Of a DNA stretch of 61,531 bases, positions 52,793 to 61,531 are shown one piece after another. This stretch comes from Alphaproteobacteria bacterium UBA3760. GTDB taxonomy: Bacteria > Pseudomonadota > Alphaproteobacteria > Rs-D84. The position numbers and the translations under genes were made by a program. The DNA lies in NCBI GenBank assembly GCA_002371155.1, contig DFGC01000012.1:1-61531 (forward strand). Reading direction: 5' to 3'. The notes under the pieces are model-generated. The model was given only the letters and a program-made list of their open reading frames with translations, had not been told where the DNA came from and ran no database searches. Each line of letters begins with the position of its first letter. Within the stretch, counting starts at the first letter, position 1.

Positions 52793-53422
52793 TTATGCCA
52801 ATCTGGCTTCGACGGATTTGACGGCATCGGCTGTCAAAACCAATTTTTCGTGTTTCAAGATGTCCAAAACATTCAAACCAATCGTCGGCAACGCATCAAC
52901 ATTTGCGATATTTGCCACAGATTTTTTGAAGTTTTCATCCAATTCCGCTGCACCCACAAACAACACAGAATCCAAATCCAATTTTTTCAATTGCTTTGCC
53001 ATTGTGTTTGTTTTGACCGCTAAAACCTTTTCAGAATCAATAACGATTAAATTGCCATCTTGTAATTTCGAAGACAACGCCATTTTCAATCCCAACGAAC
53101 GGATTTTCTTTGGCAAATCAATGCTGTGATCACGAACAACCGGTCCATGAACCACACCACCGCCACGCATGTGAACATTATATTTTTCACCCTGACGCGC
53201 ATTACCAGTTTTTTTCTGTTTAAATGCCTTGCGACCACTGCCCGCAACATCCGACACAGTTTTCACCGCATGCGTTCCGGCGCGGGAATTTGCACGTTGC
53301 CATGTAACAACACGATGCAAAATATCCGCACGTGGAGCAACACCGAATACACTATCAGCCAAATCAACTTTGCCGACTGATTTACCATCAAAATTTATAA
53401 CATCTAATTGCATTTTTTCCAC
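52793..53422 (-). CDS. rplD: 50S ribosomal protein L4
   Basis: WQRAN.RAGTH, RGGGVVHGP, LPKKIR. Confidence 0.97.
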   Translation of the reverse strand: MEKMQLDVINFDGKSVGKVDLADSVFGVAPRADILHRVVTWQRANSRAGTHAVKTVSDVAGSGRKAFKQKKTGNARQGEKYNVHMRGGGVVHGPVVRDHSIDLPKKIRSLGLKMALSSKLQDGNLIVIDSEKVLAVKTNTMAKQLKKLDLDSVLFVGAAELDENFKKSVANIANVDALPTIGLNVLDILKHEKLVLTADAVKSVEARLA

Positions 53423-53446
53423 CTTAGTATTATTTTGCCCATGTTA

Positions 53447-54169
53447 TTATTCCGCAACATCACTTGTTTCGGTTGTGGCACTTGGCGCCGCATCAACTGT
53501 TTTTACAAATGTTGGAACCGGCAATTCTTTTTGTTCTTTTTTGATTGCATCCGTCACCAATACAAATGTTCCATTTGCACCCGGAACCGCACCTTCGACG
53601 AATACCAAATTTTCAGCATCATCAATGCCAAAAATTTTCAAATTTTGAACAGTCACAGTTTCATTGCCCATTTGTCCAGACATCTTTTTACCCTTCAAAA
53701 CACGACCTGGCCATTCGCGCATACCTGTACCACCCAAAGAACGATGCGCCTTTAACACACCATGCGATGCCTCTTTACCGCCAAAATTATGACGTTTCAT
53801 CGCACCTTGAAAACCTTTACCTTTGCTTGTTGCTTGGACATCAACAAATTGCCCGACAACAAAATGAGACGCAGACAACTGTGTTCCCGCCGGGATAACA
53901 CAATCGTCAGACACGCGGAATTCTACGACTTTGCGATATGGTTTAATACCCGCCTTTTCCGCCGCCACCGCTTGTGGTTTTGCAACATGTTTTGCCTTGG
54001 CCTCGCATACACCTAAAATGTTTGCGATATAACCATTTTTTTCCATTGTTCGATTTCCAATAACCGCACAATCGCCCACAGACAACACTGTGACAGCATG
54101 TGCCACGCCCGCATCATCATACAGACGCGTCATTCCTATTTTTGTTGTAATCAATCCGCTACGTTTCAT
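53447..54169 (-). CDS. rplC: 50S ribosomal protein L3
   Basis: KIGMT, SKGKGFQG.MKRHNF, GAVPG. Confidence 0.98.
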   Translation of the reverse strand: MKRSGLITTKIGMTRLYDDAGVAHAVTVLSVGDCAVIGNRTMEKNGYIANILGVCEAKAKHVAKPQAVAAEKAGIKPYRKVVEFRVSDDCVIPAGTQLSASHFVVGQFVDVQATSKGKGFQGAMKRHNFGGKEASHGVLKAHRSLGGTGMREWPGRVLKGKKMSGQMGNETVTVQNLKIFGIDDAENLVFVEGAVPGANGTFVLVTDAIKKEQKELPVPTFVKTVDAAPSATTETSDVAE

Positions 54170-54228
54170 TTTTTTATGCCTTTTTTATTTGCCAGAGGTT
54201 AATAAACACACCTTTACTAACCTAACAA

Positions 54229-54540
54229 TTACAATTTAATTTTTACATCCACACCAGACGCCAAATCCAACTTCATCAAGGCATCAACTGTCTGAGGGGT
54301 TGGATTAACAATATCGACAACCGCTTTATGATTGCGAATTTCGAATTGTTCACGCGATTTTTTATCAACGTGTGGTGAACGGTTGACTGTAAACTTTTGA
54401 ATCAATGTCGGCAAGCGAACAGGCCCCACCACATCTGCGCCTGTGCGCTTTGCAGTCTTGACTAATTCGTCAACCGATTCGATCAACACACGGTGATCAA
54501 ATGCTGTCAATTTAATGCGAATTTTTGATGTTGGTACCAT
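54229..54540 (-). CDS. rpsJ: 30S ribosomal protein S10
   Basis: [23 protein letters not shown]. Confidence 0.98.
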   Translation of the reverse strand: MVPTSKIRIKLTAFDHRVLIESVDELVKTAKRTGADVVGPVRLPTLIQKFTVNRSPHVDKKSREQFEIRNHKAVVDIVNPTPQTVDALMKLDLASGVDVKIKL

Positions 54541-54578
54541 TTTGTTCGTTTCCTTATTTTTTTATTACCATTCCGTAA

Positions 54579-54620
54579 TAACGGGGGTCGGTTGTTCTTG
54601 CAACCTGCCCCCCGTTATAG
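54579..54620 (-). terminator. Long hairpin between tuf and rpsJ
   Basis: ataacggggg..ggttg-loop-caacc..cccccgttat. Confidence 0.6.
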
Positions 54621-54626
54621 TTGTTA

Positions 54627-55814
54627 TTATTTGTTGATTTTTGATACAACACCCGCACCGACTGTACGGCCACCTTCGCGGATAGCGAAACGACGACCTT
54701 CACTCATTGCAATAGGTGCAATCAATTGCACACTGATGCGAACGTTATCGCCCGGCAAAACCATTTCTTTGCCTTCTGGCAATGTGATTGTCCCGGTCAC
54801 ATCGGTTGTGCTGAAATAGAACTGTGGACGATAGTTCGAGAAGAACGGTGTATGACGGCCACCTTCCTCTTTCTGCAAGATATAGACTTCGGCTTCAAAG
54901 TCTGTATGTGGGGTAATAGAACCCGGTTTGCAGATAATTTGACCACGTTCGACATCTTCTTTTTTGGTTCCACGCAACAACAAACCAACGTTATCACCGG
55001 CTTCGCCTTGATCCAACAATTTGCGGAACATTTCAACACCGGTAACTGTTGTTTTTTGTGTTGGACGCAAACCAACGATTTCACATTCGTCGCCAATTTT
55101 AACAACACCCGATTCGATACGACCAGTGACCACTGTTCCACGACCGGTGATGCTGAACACGTCTTCGATTGGCATCAAGAAAGGTTTATCAACCGGACGT
55201 TCTGGCATTGGGATGTATTCATCGCATGCTTTCAACAAAGCATCAATTGATTCTTTGCCCAAACCGTCTTTCTTTTCTTCCAATGCGGAAATAGCCGAAC
55301 CACGGATGATTGGTGCATTGTCGCCATCAAAATCGTTCGCAGACAACAATTCACGAATTTCCATTTCAACCAATTCCAACAATTCTGGATCGTTCGCCAA
55401 ATCACATTTGTTCAAATAAACAACGATTTTTGGAATACCGACCTGACGCGCCAACAAAATGTGTTCACGTGTTTGTGGCATTGGACCGTCTGTTGCGGCA
55501 ACGACCAAAATCGCACCGTCCATTTGCGCCGCACCGGTAATCATGTTTTTAACATAGTCCGCGTGTCCTGGGCAGTCAACGTGCGCATAGTGACGATTCG
55601 CTGTTTCGTATTCAACGTGGGCCGTGTTAATTGTTATACCACGTGCTTTTTCTTCTGGGGCGTTATCGATTTGGTCAACACCTTTTTGTGCATCGATACC
55701 GACACCATAATAGTGAACGATAGCAGCAGTCAAAGTTGTTTTACCATGGTCAACGTGACCAATCGTACCAATATTGACGTGTGGCTTTGTTCTTACATAT
55801 TTTTCTTTTGCCAT
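54627..55814 (-). CDS. tuf: Elongation factor Tu
   Basis: [31 protein letters not shown]. Confidence 0.99.
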   Translation of the reverse strand: MAKEKYVRTKPHVNIGTIGHVDHGKTTLTAAIVHYYGVGIDAQKGVDQIDNAPEEKARGITINTAHVEYETANRHYAHVDCPGHADYVKNMITGAAQMDGAILVVAATDGPMPQTREHILLARQVGIPKIVVYLNKCDLANDPELLELVEMEIRELLSANDFDGDNAPIIRGSAISALEEKKDGLGKESIDALLKACDEYIPMPERPVDKPFLMPIEDVFSITGRGTVVTGRIESGVVKIGDECEIVGLRPTQKTTVTGVEMFRKLLDQGEAGDNVGLLLRGTKKEDVERGQIICKPGSITPHTDFEAEVYILQKEEGGRHTPFFSNYRPQFYFSTTDVTGTITLPEGKEMVLPGDNVRISVQLIAPIAMSEGRRFAIREGGRTVGAGVVSKINK

Positions 55815-55907
55815 AGTTTTCTCCTTATAGGCTTCTTGTTAAACTGACTTTCAAATTCCAGTTTCGAACACAATCATAAACCAGATTTTAAAAATCGCAA
55901 TCTTTTT

Positions 55908-57989
55908 TTACTTTGTCATCTTTTTTATTACTTCGTCAGCAACATTTTGCGGAACTTCGGCATAGTGCGACAATTCCATATACGGATTTGCACGCCCCTG
56001 GGACAAAGAACGCAAGGTTTTGACATAACCGAACAGATTTGCCAACGGCACAAACGCAGAAATCAATTGGTTGCCGAATTGTGTTTCGATACCATTGATT
56101 TGACCACGACGACTGTTCAAGTCACCGATAATGTCACCGACGTATTCTTCCGGTGTATTGACCGAAAGTTTCATAATCGGTTCCAATAATTTTGGCGCAG
56201 ACTTTTTCATCGCTTCGCGGAAGCAAGCACGCGCCGCAATTTCAAAGCATAACACATTAGAGTCAACCTCGTGATATTTACCATCAACCAATGTTGCCTT
56301 GAAATCCACAGTTGGATAGCCAATCAAAACACCTGTTTGTTGTGCTATCTTTAACCCTTTTTCAACGCCGGGTATGTATTCTTTTGGAATCGCACCACCG
56401 ACAATCTTGTTTTCAAATTCGTATCCAGACCCCGGTTCCAATGGTTCAAATTCAATTTTAACCTGGGCATATTGACCCGAACCACCCGACTGTTTCTTAT
56501 GAGTATATTCTTCGGTGACCGGTTTGCTGAATGTTTCACGATATGCAATGCGCGGTTCACCGACATTAACATCAACCTTAAACTCACGCAATAATCTGTC
56601 AACCAAAATTTCCAAGTGCAATTCACCAACGCCAGACAAAATCGTTTGACCAGATTCTTCGTCAACCGATACGCGGAAAGACGGGTCTTCTTTGGCCAAT
56701 GCCTGAAGTCCCAATGACATCTTTTCAATATCGGCCTTGGTTTTTGGTTCAACCGCAATTGAAATAACCGGTTCTGGAACATGGATAGATTCCAAAATAA
56801 TCGGATTTGCTTCGTCACATAATGTGTCGCCAGTAATCGTTTCCTTCATACCAACCAAAGTGATAATATCACCCGCCGATGCTTCTTTAATTTCTTCACG
56901 GGTATTTGCGTGCATCAACAGCATACGACCAACGCGTTCGCGTTTATCACGATTGGAATTATATATGTACGAACCAGATTGCAATTTACCCGAATAAATA
57001 CGGATAAACATCAAATTCCCAACGAATGGATCATTGGCAACCTTGAACGCCAATGCACTGAACGGTTCTTTGGGATCTGCATGACGCACAGCTTCTGTTT
57101 TACCATCCATTTTTGTTCCCTTAATCGCAGGAATATCCAACGGCGATGGCAAATAATCAACAATCGCATCCAACAACGGTTGCACGCCCTTGTTCTTGAA
57201 CGCCGTCCCGCACAATACTGGCACAAAGTTTTGTGCAATCACACCCTTGCGCAATAATTTTTTGATTGTTGCGACATCTGGGATTTTGCCGTCCATGTAT
57301 TCTTCCATAATGGTATCGTCCAAAGTCACCGCTTCTTCAATCAGATGGTCGTGCAATTCTTGCGCTTTGGCCTTTAATTCTTCGGGAATTTCGATTGTCA
57401 CCGGATGAGAACCCGTTTCATCTTCCCAAATCAAGCCCTTCATTTCCAAAACATCAACAACACCACGGAAATCCGCTTCGGCACCAATTGGGAAATTCAA
57501 CACCAATGGATTTGCACCCAAACGTTCGCGAATCATATCAACACAGCGGAAGAAATTTCCACCGATACGATCCATTTTATTAATAAAGCAAATACGCGGA
57601 ACATTATAACGGTCGGCCTGACGCCACACAGTTTCGGTTTGTGGTTGCACACCCGACACAGATTCAAACACCGCAACCGCGCCGTCCAACACACGCAACG
57701 AACGTTCCACTTCCATTGTAAAATCCACGTGTCCCGGTGTATCAATCAAATTGATACGATGATCACGCCAAAAACATGTTGTTGCCGCCGAAGTAATCGT
57801 AATACCGCGTTCTTGTTCTTGAACCATCCAGTCCATTGTCGCGGCACCATCGTGCACTTCGCCGATTTTATATGTTTTACCTGTATAGAACAAAATACGT
57901 TCCGATGTGGTTGTTTTACCTGCATCAATATGCGCCATAATTCCTATGTTACGATACATATGCAAAGGTGCGGTTTTTCCAACAGACAT
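55908..57989 (-). CDS. fusA: Elongation factor G
   Basis: [27 protein letters not shown]. Confidence 0.99.
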   Translation of the reverse strand: MSVGKTAPLHMYRNIGIMAHIDAGKTTTSERILFYTGKTYKIGEVHDGAATMDWMVQEQERGITITSAATTCFWRDHRINLIDTPGHVDFTMEVERSLRVLDGAVAVFESVSGVQPQTETVWRQADRYNVPRICFINKMDRIGGNFFRCVDMIRERLGANPLVLNFPIGAEADFRGVVDVLEMKGLIWEDETGSHPVTIEIPEELKAKAQELHDHLIEEAVTLDDTIMEEYMDGKIPDVATIKKLLRKGVIAQNFVPVLCGTAFKNKGVQPLLDAIVDYLPSPLDIPAIKGTKMDGKTEAVRHADPKEPFSALAFKVANDPFVGNLMFIRIYSGKLQSGSYIYNSNRDKRERVGRMLLMHANTREEIKEASAGDIITLVGMKETITGDTLCDEANPIILESIHVPEPVISIAVEPKTKADIEKMSLGLQALAKEDPSFRVSVDEESGQTILSGVGELHLEILVDRLLREFKVDVNVGEPRIAYRETFSKPVTEEYTHKKQSGGSGQYAQVKIEFEPLEPGSGYEFENKIVGGAIPKEYIPGVEKGLKIAQQTGVLIGYPTVDFKATLVDGKYHEVDSNVLCFEIAARACFREAMKKSAPKLLEPIMKLSVNTPEEYVGDIIGDLNSRRGQINGIETQFGNQLISAFVPLANLFGYVKTLRSLSQGRANPYMELSHYAEVPQNVADEVIKKMTK

Positions 57990-58013
57990 TTATCTTTCCT
58001 TTTCTTAGTTTTA

Positions 58014-58490
58014 TTACCAACGGAAATGAGCAAACGCTTTATTCGCTTCTGCCATTTTATGAGTATCAATTTTCTTTTTGAACGCGCCACCTGTGCCATT
58101 CAACGCATCGCGCAATTCTGCGAACAAACGTTCCTGCATTGAACGTTCACCGCGCTTACGCGCAAACATAACCAACCAACGCAAGGCCAATGTTTGTTGA
58201 CGTTCCGGACGAACTTCGACTGGGACTTGGTATGTTGCACCGCCGACACGACGACTTTTGGCTTCGACCGATGGTTTCAACGCATCAATGGCCTCTAAAA
58301 ACAACGCCAATTCATCTTTGCCATCTTGGGCCAAAGTTTTCAATTTATCCAATGCACCATAAACAATGTTTTCGGCAACTTCTTTTTTACCATCCCACAT
58401 AACAACATTGATACATTTCGCAACAACCAGATTATTATATTTGGAATCTGGCAAAATTTCACGTTTTGTTGCAGCCTTACGTCTTGACAT
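58014..58490 (-). CDS. rpsG: 30S ribosomal protein S7
   Basis: [26 protein letters not shown]. Confidence 0.99.
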   Translation of the reverse strand: MSRRKAATKREILPDSKYNNLVVAKCINVVMWDGKKEVAENIVYGALDKLKTLAQDGKDELALFLEAIDALKPSVEAKSRRVGGATYQVPVEVRPERQQTLALRWLVMFARKRGERSMQERLFAELRDALNGTGGAFKKKIDTHKMAEANKAFAHFRW

Positions 58491-58561
58491 ATTTTATTCC
58501 TTTTATTTTTCTTCACCCGAACCACGCGTCGGATTACTCACCCACGGGTTTCCCCACGGTG

Positions 58562-58933
58562 TTATTTTTTAACCTTTGCCCCATATAAAGAGCGACCTTG
58601 TTTTCTCGATTCGACACCCTTGGTATCCAAAACACCACGAATGATATGATATTTTACACCCGGCAAGTCCTTGACACGACCACCACGAATCATAACCACA
58701 CTGTGCTCTTGTAAATTGTGCCCTTCGCCAGGGATATACGCGGTCACTTCGCGTCCATTGGCCAATTTCACACGGGCAACCTTACGTTGTGCCGAGTTAG
58801 GTTTCTTTGGTGTTGTGGTGTATACACGTGTGCAAACGCCACGTTTTTGCGGACATTCCATCATATCAGGTGCGGTACTTTTGACCACTTTTCTTTTACG
58901 AGGTTTCCGAATCAGTTGATTTACTGTTGGCAT
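58562..58933 (-). CDS. rpsL: 30S ribosomal protein S12
   Basis: [24 protein letters not shown]. Confidence 0.99.
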   Translation of the reverse strand: MPTVNQLIRKPRKRKVVKSTAPDMMECPQKRGVCTRVYTTTPKKPNSAQRKVARVKLANGREVTAYIPGEGHNLQEHSVVMIRGGRVKDLPGVKYHIIRGVLDTKGVESRKQGRSLYGAKVKK

Positions 58934-59214
58934 TCAAAATCTCTTTGTTTTTACTTGACTTTTTGTTTACATAAAACAACACCCCAGACCTATTTCGAAC
59001 GCACGCATCCGATTATAAATCTGTCAAAAAGTGCGGTTTTCTGTGTTTTTCCACTTTCCTTGTTTACACGGAAAGCAAAATTAGTATAAACATGAACTTT
59101 GAAATTGTCAAGCAAAATTCATTAAAAAACCGCCAATTTTTGGGTTGTTTTTTGATTCAGCCCCAAAAATCCGCGACATTTAATAAAAAGTGGCAGAAAT
59201 CCGCCACCCGCAAC

Positions 59215-60005
59215 ATCGTCATCCCGCGTGCCGGGGTGGGTATTCCGCCCCATCGGGGAGGGGAATATGGCTGCTTTTCCAACCCCACCCTTGCGGCGGG
59301 GTCGCAGAGCGCAAACATTTGTTTAGCGCGATGCGGGGGCGGGTATTCCTCCCCCGGGCGTCCCCTTCTTTCCCAAAGAAGGGGTGGCAGCCGCAGGCTG
59401 ACGGGGTAATTTGACACAATCCCATACACACCGGATGCCCGAACCTTTCACAACTACCTCCCCCCGCTAGCGCGGGGTACTCCTTCTTTCATAAAGAAGG
59501 AGAATATCCAAGTTCGACCATTTCATATTCCCCGTCTTTTACCGCCCCCGCGGAAAAGAAGGGGTGGATTGTGAGCAAAGCGAACAAGACGGGGCAGTTC
59601 AGTATAATCACACCCTCCCCGTCGCTGCGCGCCACCCCTCCACAGGAGGGGAATATGACTGCTTTTCCAACCCCGCCCTTGCCCGGGCCCCACGCAAATT
59701 CTTTGCGTGGGTGGATTCGGCGGGGTCGGCAAGACAATGTGAAACACTTGTCGAGCCGGGGGCGGGTATTCCTCCCCCGGGCGTCCCCTTCTTTCCCAAA
59801 GAAGGGGTGGCAGCCGCAGGCTGACGGGGTAATTTGACACAATCCCATACACACCGGATGCCCGAGCCTTTCACCCTCCCCGTCGCTGCGCGCCACCCCT
59901 CCTGTGGAGGGGAATATTCCGCCCCAATCGGGCCCCGCCGCGGCGCAATTTGCGACGGGTGGGTGGTGCCTGGGGAGGGGGACCAACGAAGTTGGTGGAG
60001 GGGGT
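59215..60005. repeat. GC-rich mosaic of REP-like palindromes including a 108-bp direct repeat (59335..59442 and 59758..59865)
   Basis: Recurrent ccttctttcccaaagaagg, caccctccccgtcgctgcgcgccacccctc, ggaggggaatat. Confidence 0.85.
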
Positions 60006-60036
60006 AAACAAAACACGAAACAATAACAAAAACAAA

Positions 60037-61509
60037 TTACATATCCGGGCCGGCGGTAAAAGTTCCCGTTCCCGCATTGGTAAAGAATTGCCCCGACACC
60101 ATATCATACATACCAACGACACCCGATGAATTTTTTGCCGGGATACCATTAAATACTAATTTATTATTATCGTTATATATTTTTACATATCTCCAAGAAG
60201 AACTACTTTTATTATAACTTGATGTTGTTTTGTCGTTATTTGTTTTACCTATCCACAAAGATAAATCTGAATTTGAAAAAGATTCTCCTGCCAAATTATT
60301 AGATTTTAATACATCATTTATATACAGCCCATCTTTTGTTATTTTATAATTATAAAACGTATTTGTTGTAACATCCAAATTTGATATAACTGCATTCATT
60401 CCGGTTCCACCTTTACCCCAAAACGAATGCCCAGAACTGTTTGCTAATCCAAATTGAGCTCCCCAAACAGTAGAACTCCAAATACCAGACCCCGCGCCAA
60501 AAAAATAATCCCCAGCCTTTGGAACAGACATTTCAAATTGAGCAGACCAATTCCAATTCGTGGCTACGATTCCGGTATCAATCCATGAATTTCCATCCGT
60601 TTGTAAATACTGCAATTCCGTGTATCCGGCGGGGAGTGCATGCGCGACACCATTTGCACCCGCAATCGGATACCAATGCGGGGTGCCGTCTTCATCCTCG
60701 ACCAATAAACAGTATTTCGCCGTGCATCCCTCGTCCGGGCGGGTTTGCTTTTCATTCGCAATTTGGTCTATTTGCTGCGCCTGACTCATCGTCTGGGTCA
60801 CGACAGTATCCACCGCCGCAACCGCCGCGTCTAAACGCGTTTCCACCGGCGCAAATTGTCGTTCGTTATACCGCGTCGTTGCAATTTTGATTGATACCGG
60901 CAGCCCCGCGATGAATTCACCCGTGCCCGCATTGGTATGAAACGCAGTTTCTGGATTTGCATCCGCCAAATCATACATACCCAACACACCATCGCTATCA
61001 CGCCGTGCCGGTATACCGTCAAATACTAAACTATCATTTTTTGAAGCCTTGTAATAGTAAATTTTAACATTTTTATTTTTATAATTAGTACCACTACTGT
61101 TGTTAAGATTAAATAAATACAACATAGAGGACCCCACCCTACCGTTTGTATATGTTGTGCCATTGGTTTCGTTCGTAAAATACCATCTGGTGTCCAAAAC
61201 ATTTTGCTTTATAATGTAAACCCCAGGTTCACTTGTACCATAACGCCTATCTTTTACACCTACCTGAGATGCACCGTTCACAAACATAAAACCTGATGAA
61301 TCATTCACAGTTTCAAATTTTAATTCCATATAATCAATCGTTGCTTCGTTCACATTAGTATTAATCCATTGTGTTCCGGTGGATTCGATGTATTCCAATT
61401 CGGTATATCCGGCGGGGAGTGTTGCCGCATGGGCGACATTTAATATAAACATGCATGTGACGGCCGCCAACACTAATTTTAACGAATCGAATATACGCAA
61501 AAATTCCAT
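60037..61509 (-). CDS. Secreted modular protein: signal peptide, two phage-tail/ConA-like 'LPAGYTELEY' domains flanking the KIATT core
   Basis: 490 aa; LPAGYTEL.Y...G..WI.T..., GIPA...G..GMYD...F.TNAGTG.F.AG twice; core shared with 15..1760. Confidence 0.82.
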   Translation of the reverse strand: MEFLRIFDSLKLVLAAVTCMFILNVAHAATLPAGYTELEYIESTGTQWINTNVNEATIDYMELKFETVNDSSGFMFVNGASQVGVKDRRYGTSEPGVYIIKQNVLDTRWYFTNETNGTTYTNGRVGSSMLYLFNLNNSSGTNYKNKNVKIYYYKASKNDSLVFDGIPARRDSDGVLGMYDLADANPETAFHTNAGTGEFIAGLPVSIKIATTRYNERQFAPVETRLDAAVAAVDTVVTQTMSQAQQIDQIANEKQTRPDEGCTAKYCLLVEDEDGTPHWYPIAGANGVAHALPAGYTELQYLQTDGNSWIDTGIVATNWNWSAQFEMSVPKAGDYFFGAGSGIWSSTVWGAQFGLANSSGHSFWGKGGTGMNAVISNLDVTTNTFYNYKITKDGLYINDVLKSNNLAGESFSNSDLSLWIGKTNNDKTTSSYNKSSSSWRYVKIYNDNNKLVFNGIPAKNSSGVVGMYDMVSGQFFTNAGTGTFTAGPDM

Positions 61510-61523
61510 GGTTTTCCCCAGTT
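61425..61523 (-). repeat. Inverted repeat copy 2 (leader shared with 1..99)
   Basis: See copy 1. Confidence 0.85.
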
Positions 61524-61531
61524 CTCTCTCA

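Noticed and set aside
59157-60149. Several overlapping 70-175 aa ORFs
   Set aside because: Stop-poor by-products of GC-rich palindromic repeats, no family motifs
15-61509. Diversity-generating retroelement behind the paralogue variation
   Set aside because: No reverse transcriptase and no template/variable repeat pair differing only at adenines
1-61531. Transposon or linear replicon with terminal inverted repeats
   Set aside because: Repeats are coding leaders at ~86% identity, the interior is core chromosome, and there is no transposase

Overview
61.5 kb segment of a small-genome alphaproteobacterium (ccrM, clpP-clpX, str/S10/spc/alpha ribosomal cluster). The style of the accessory proteins suggests the uncultured gut Rs-D84/'Ca. 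Enterousia' lineage, but this is recognition, not a database result. About 39.4-58.9 kb is the ribosomal super-operon on the minus strand (rpsL to rplQ, with tuf, fusA, secY, rpoA). The rest mixes housekeeping genes (clpXP, pgk, rnhB, slt, nrdR, ccrM, clpB, eno, rpsU, rpmB, three tRNAs) with many signal-peptide-bearing, Cys-rich hypothetical proteins. Main points of interest: (1) a modular family of secreted proteins sharing a 'K[IV]ATT[KR]Y-coiled coil-[RK]P..C..C...W..I' core. Two large members with phage-tail-like domains point inward from the two window ends and share an inverted ~100 bp leader, and a minimal core-only member sits between rpsK and rpoA. (2) Tandem surface-protein paralogues with a near-identical 470 bp C-terminal module. 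(3) A cluster of Cys-rich/glycine-zipper secreted proteins with a recurring disulfide module. (4) Several palindromic repeat families, including a 101-bp array with covarying hairpins. (5) A CcrM with DSPY in place of DPPY. No transposase, integrase, reverse transcriptase, cas gene or rRNA was seen.
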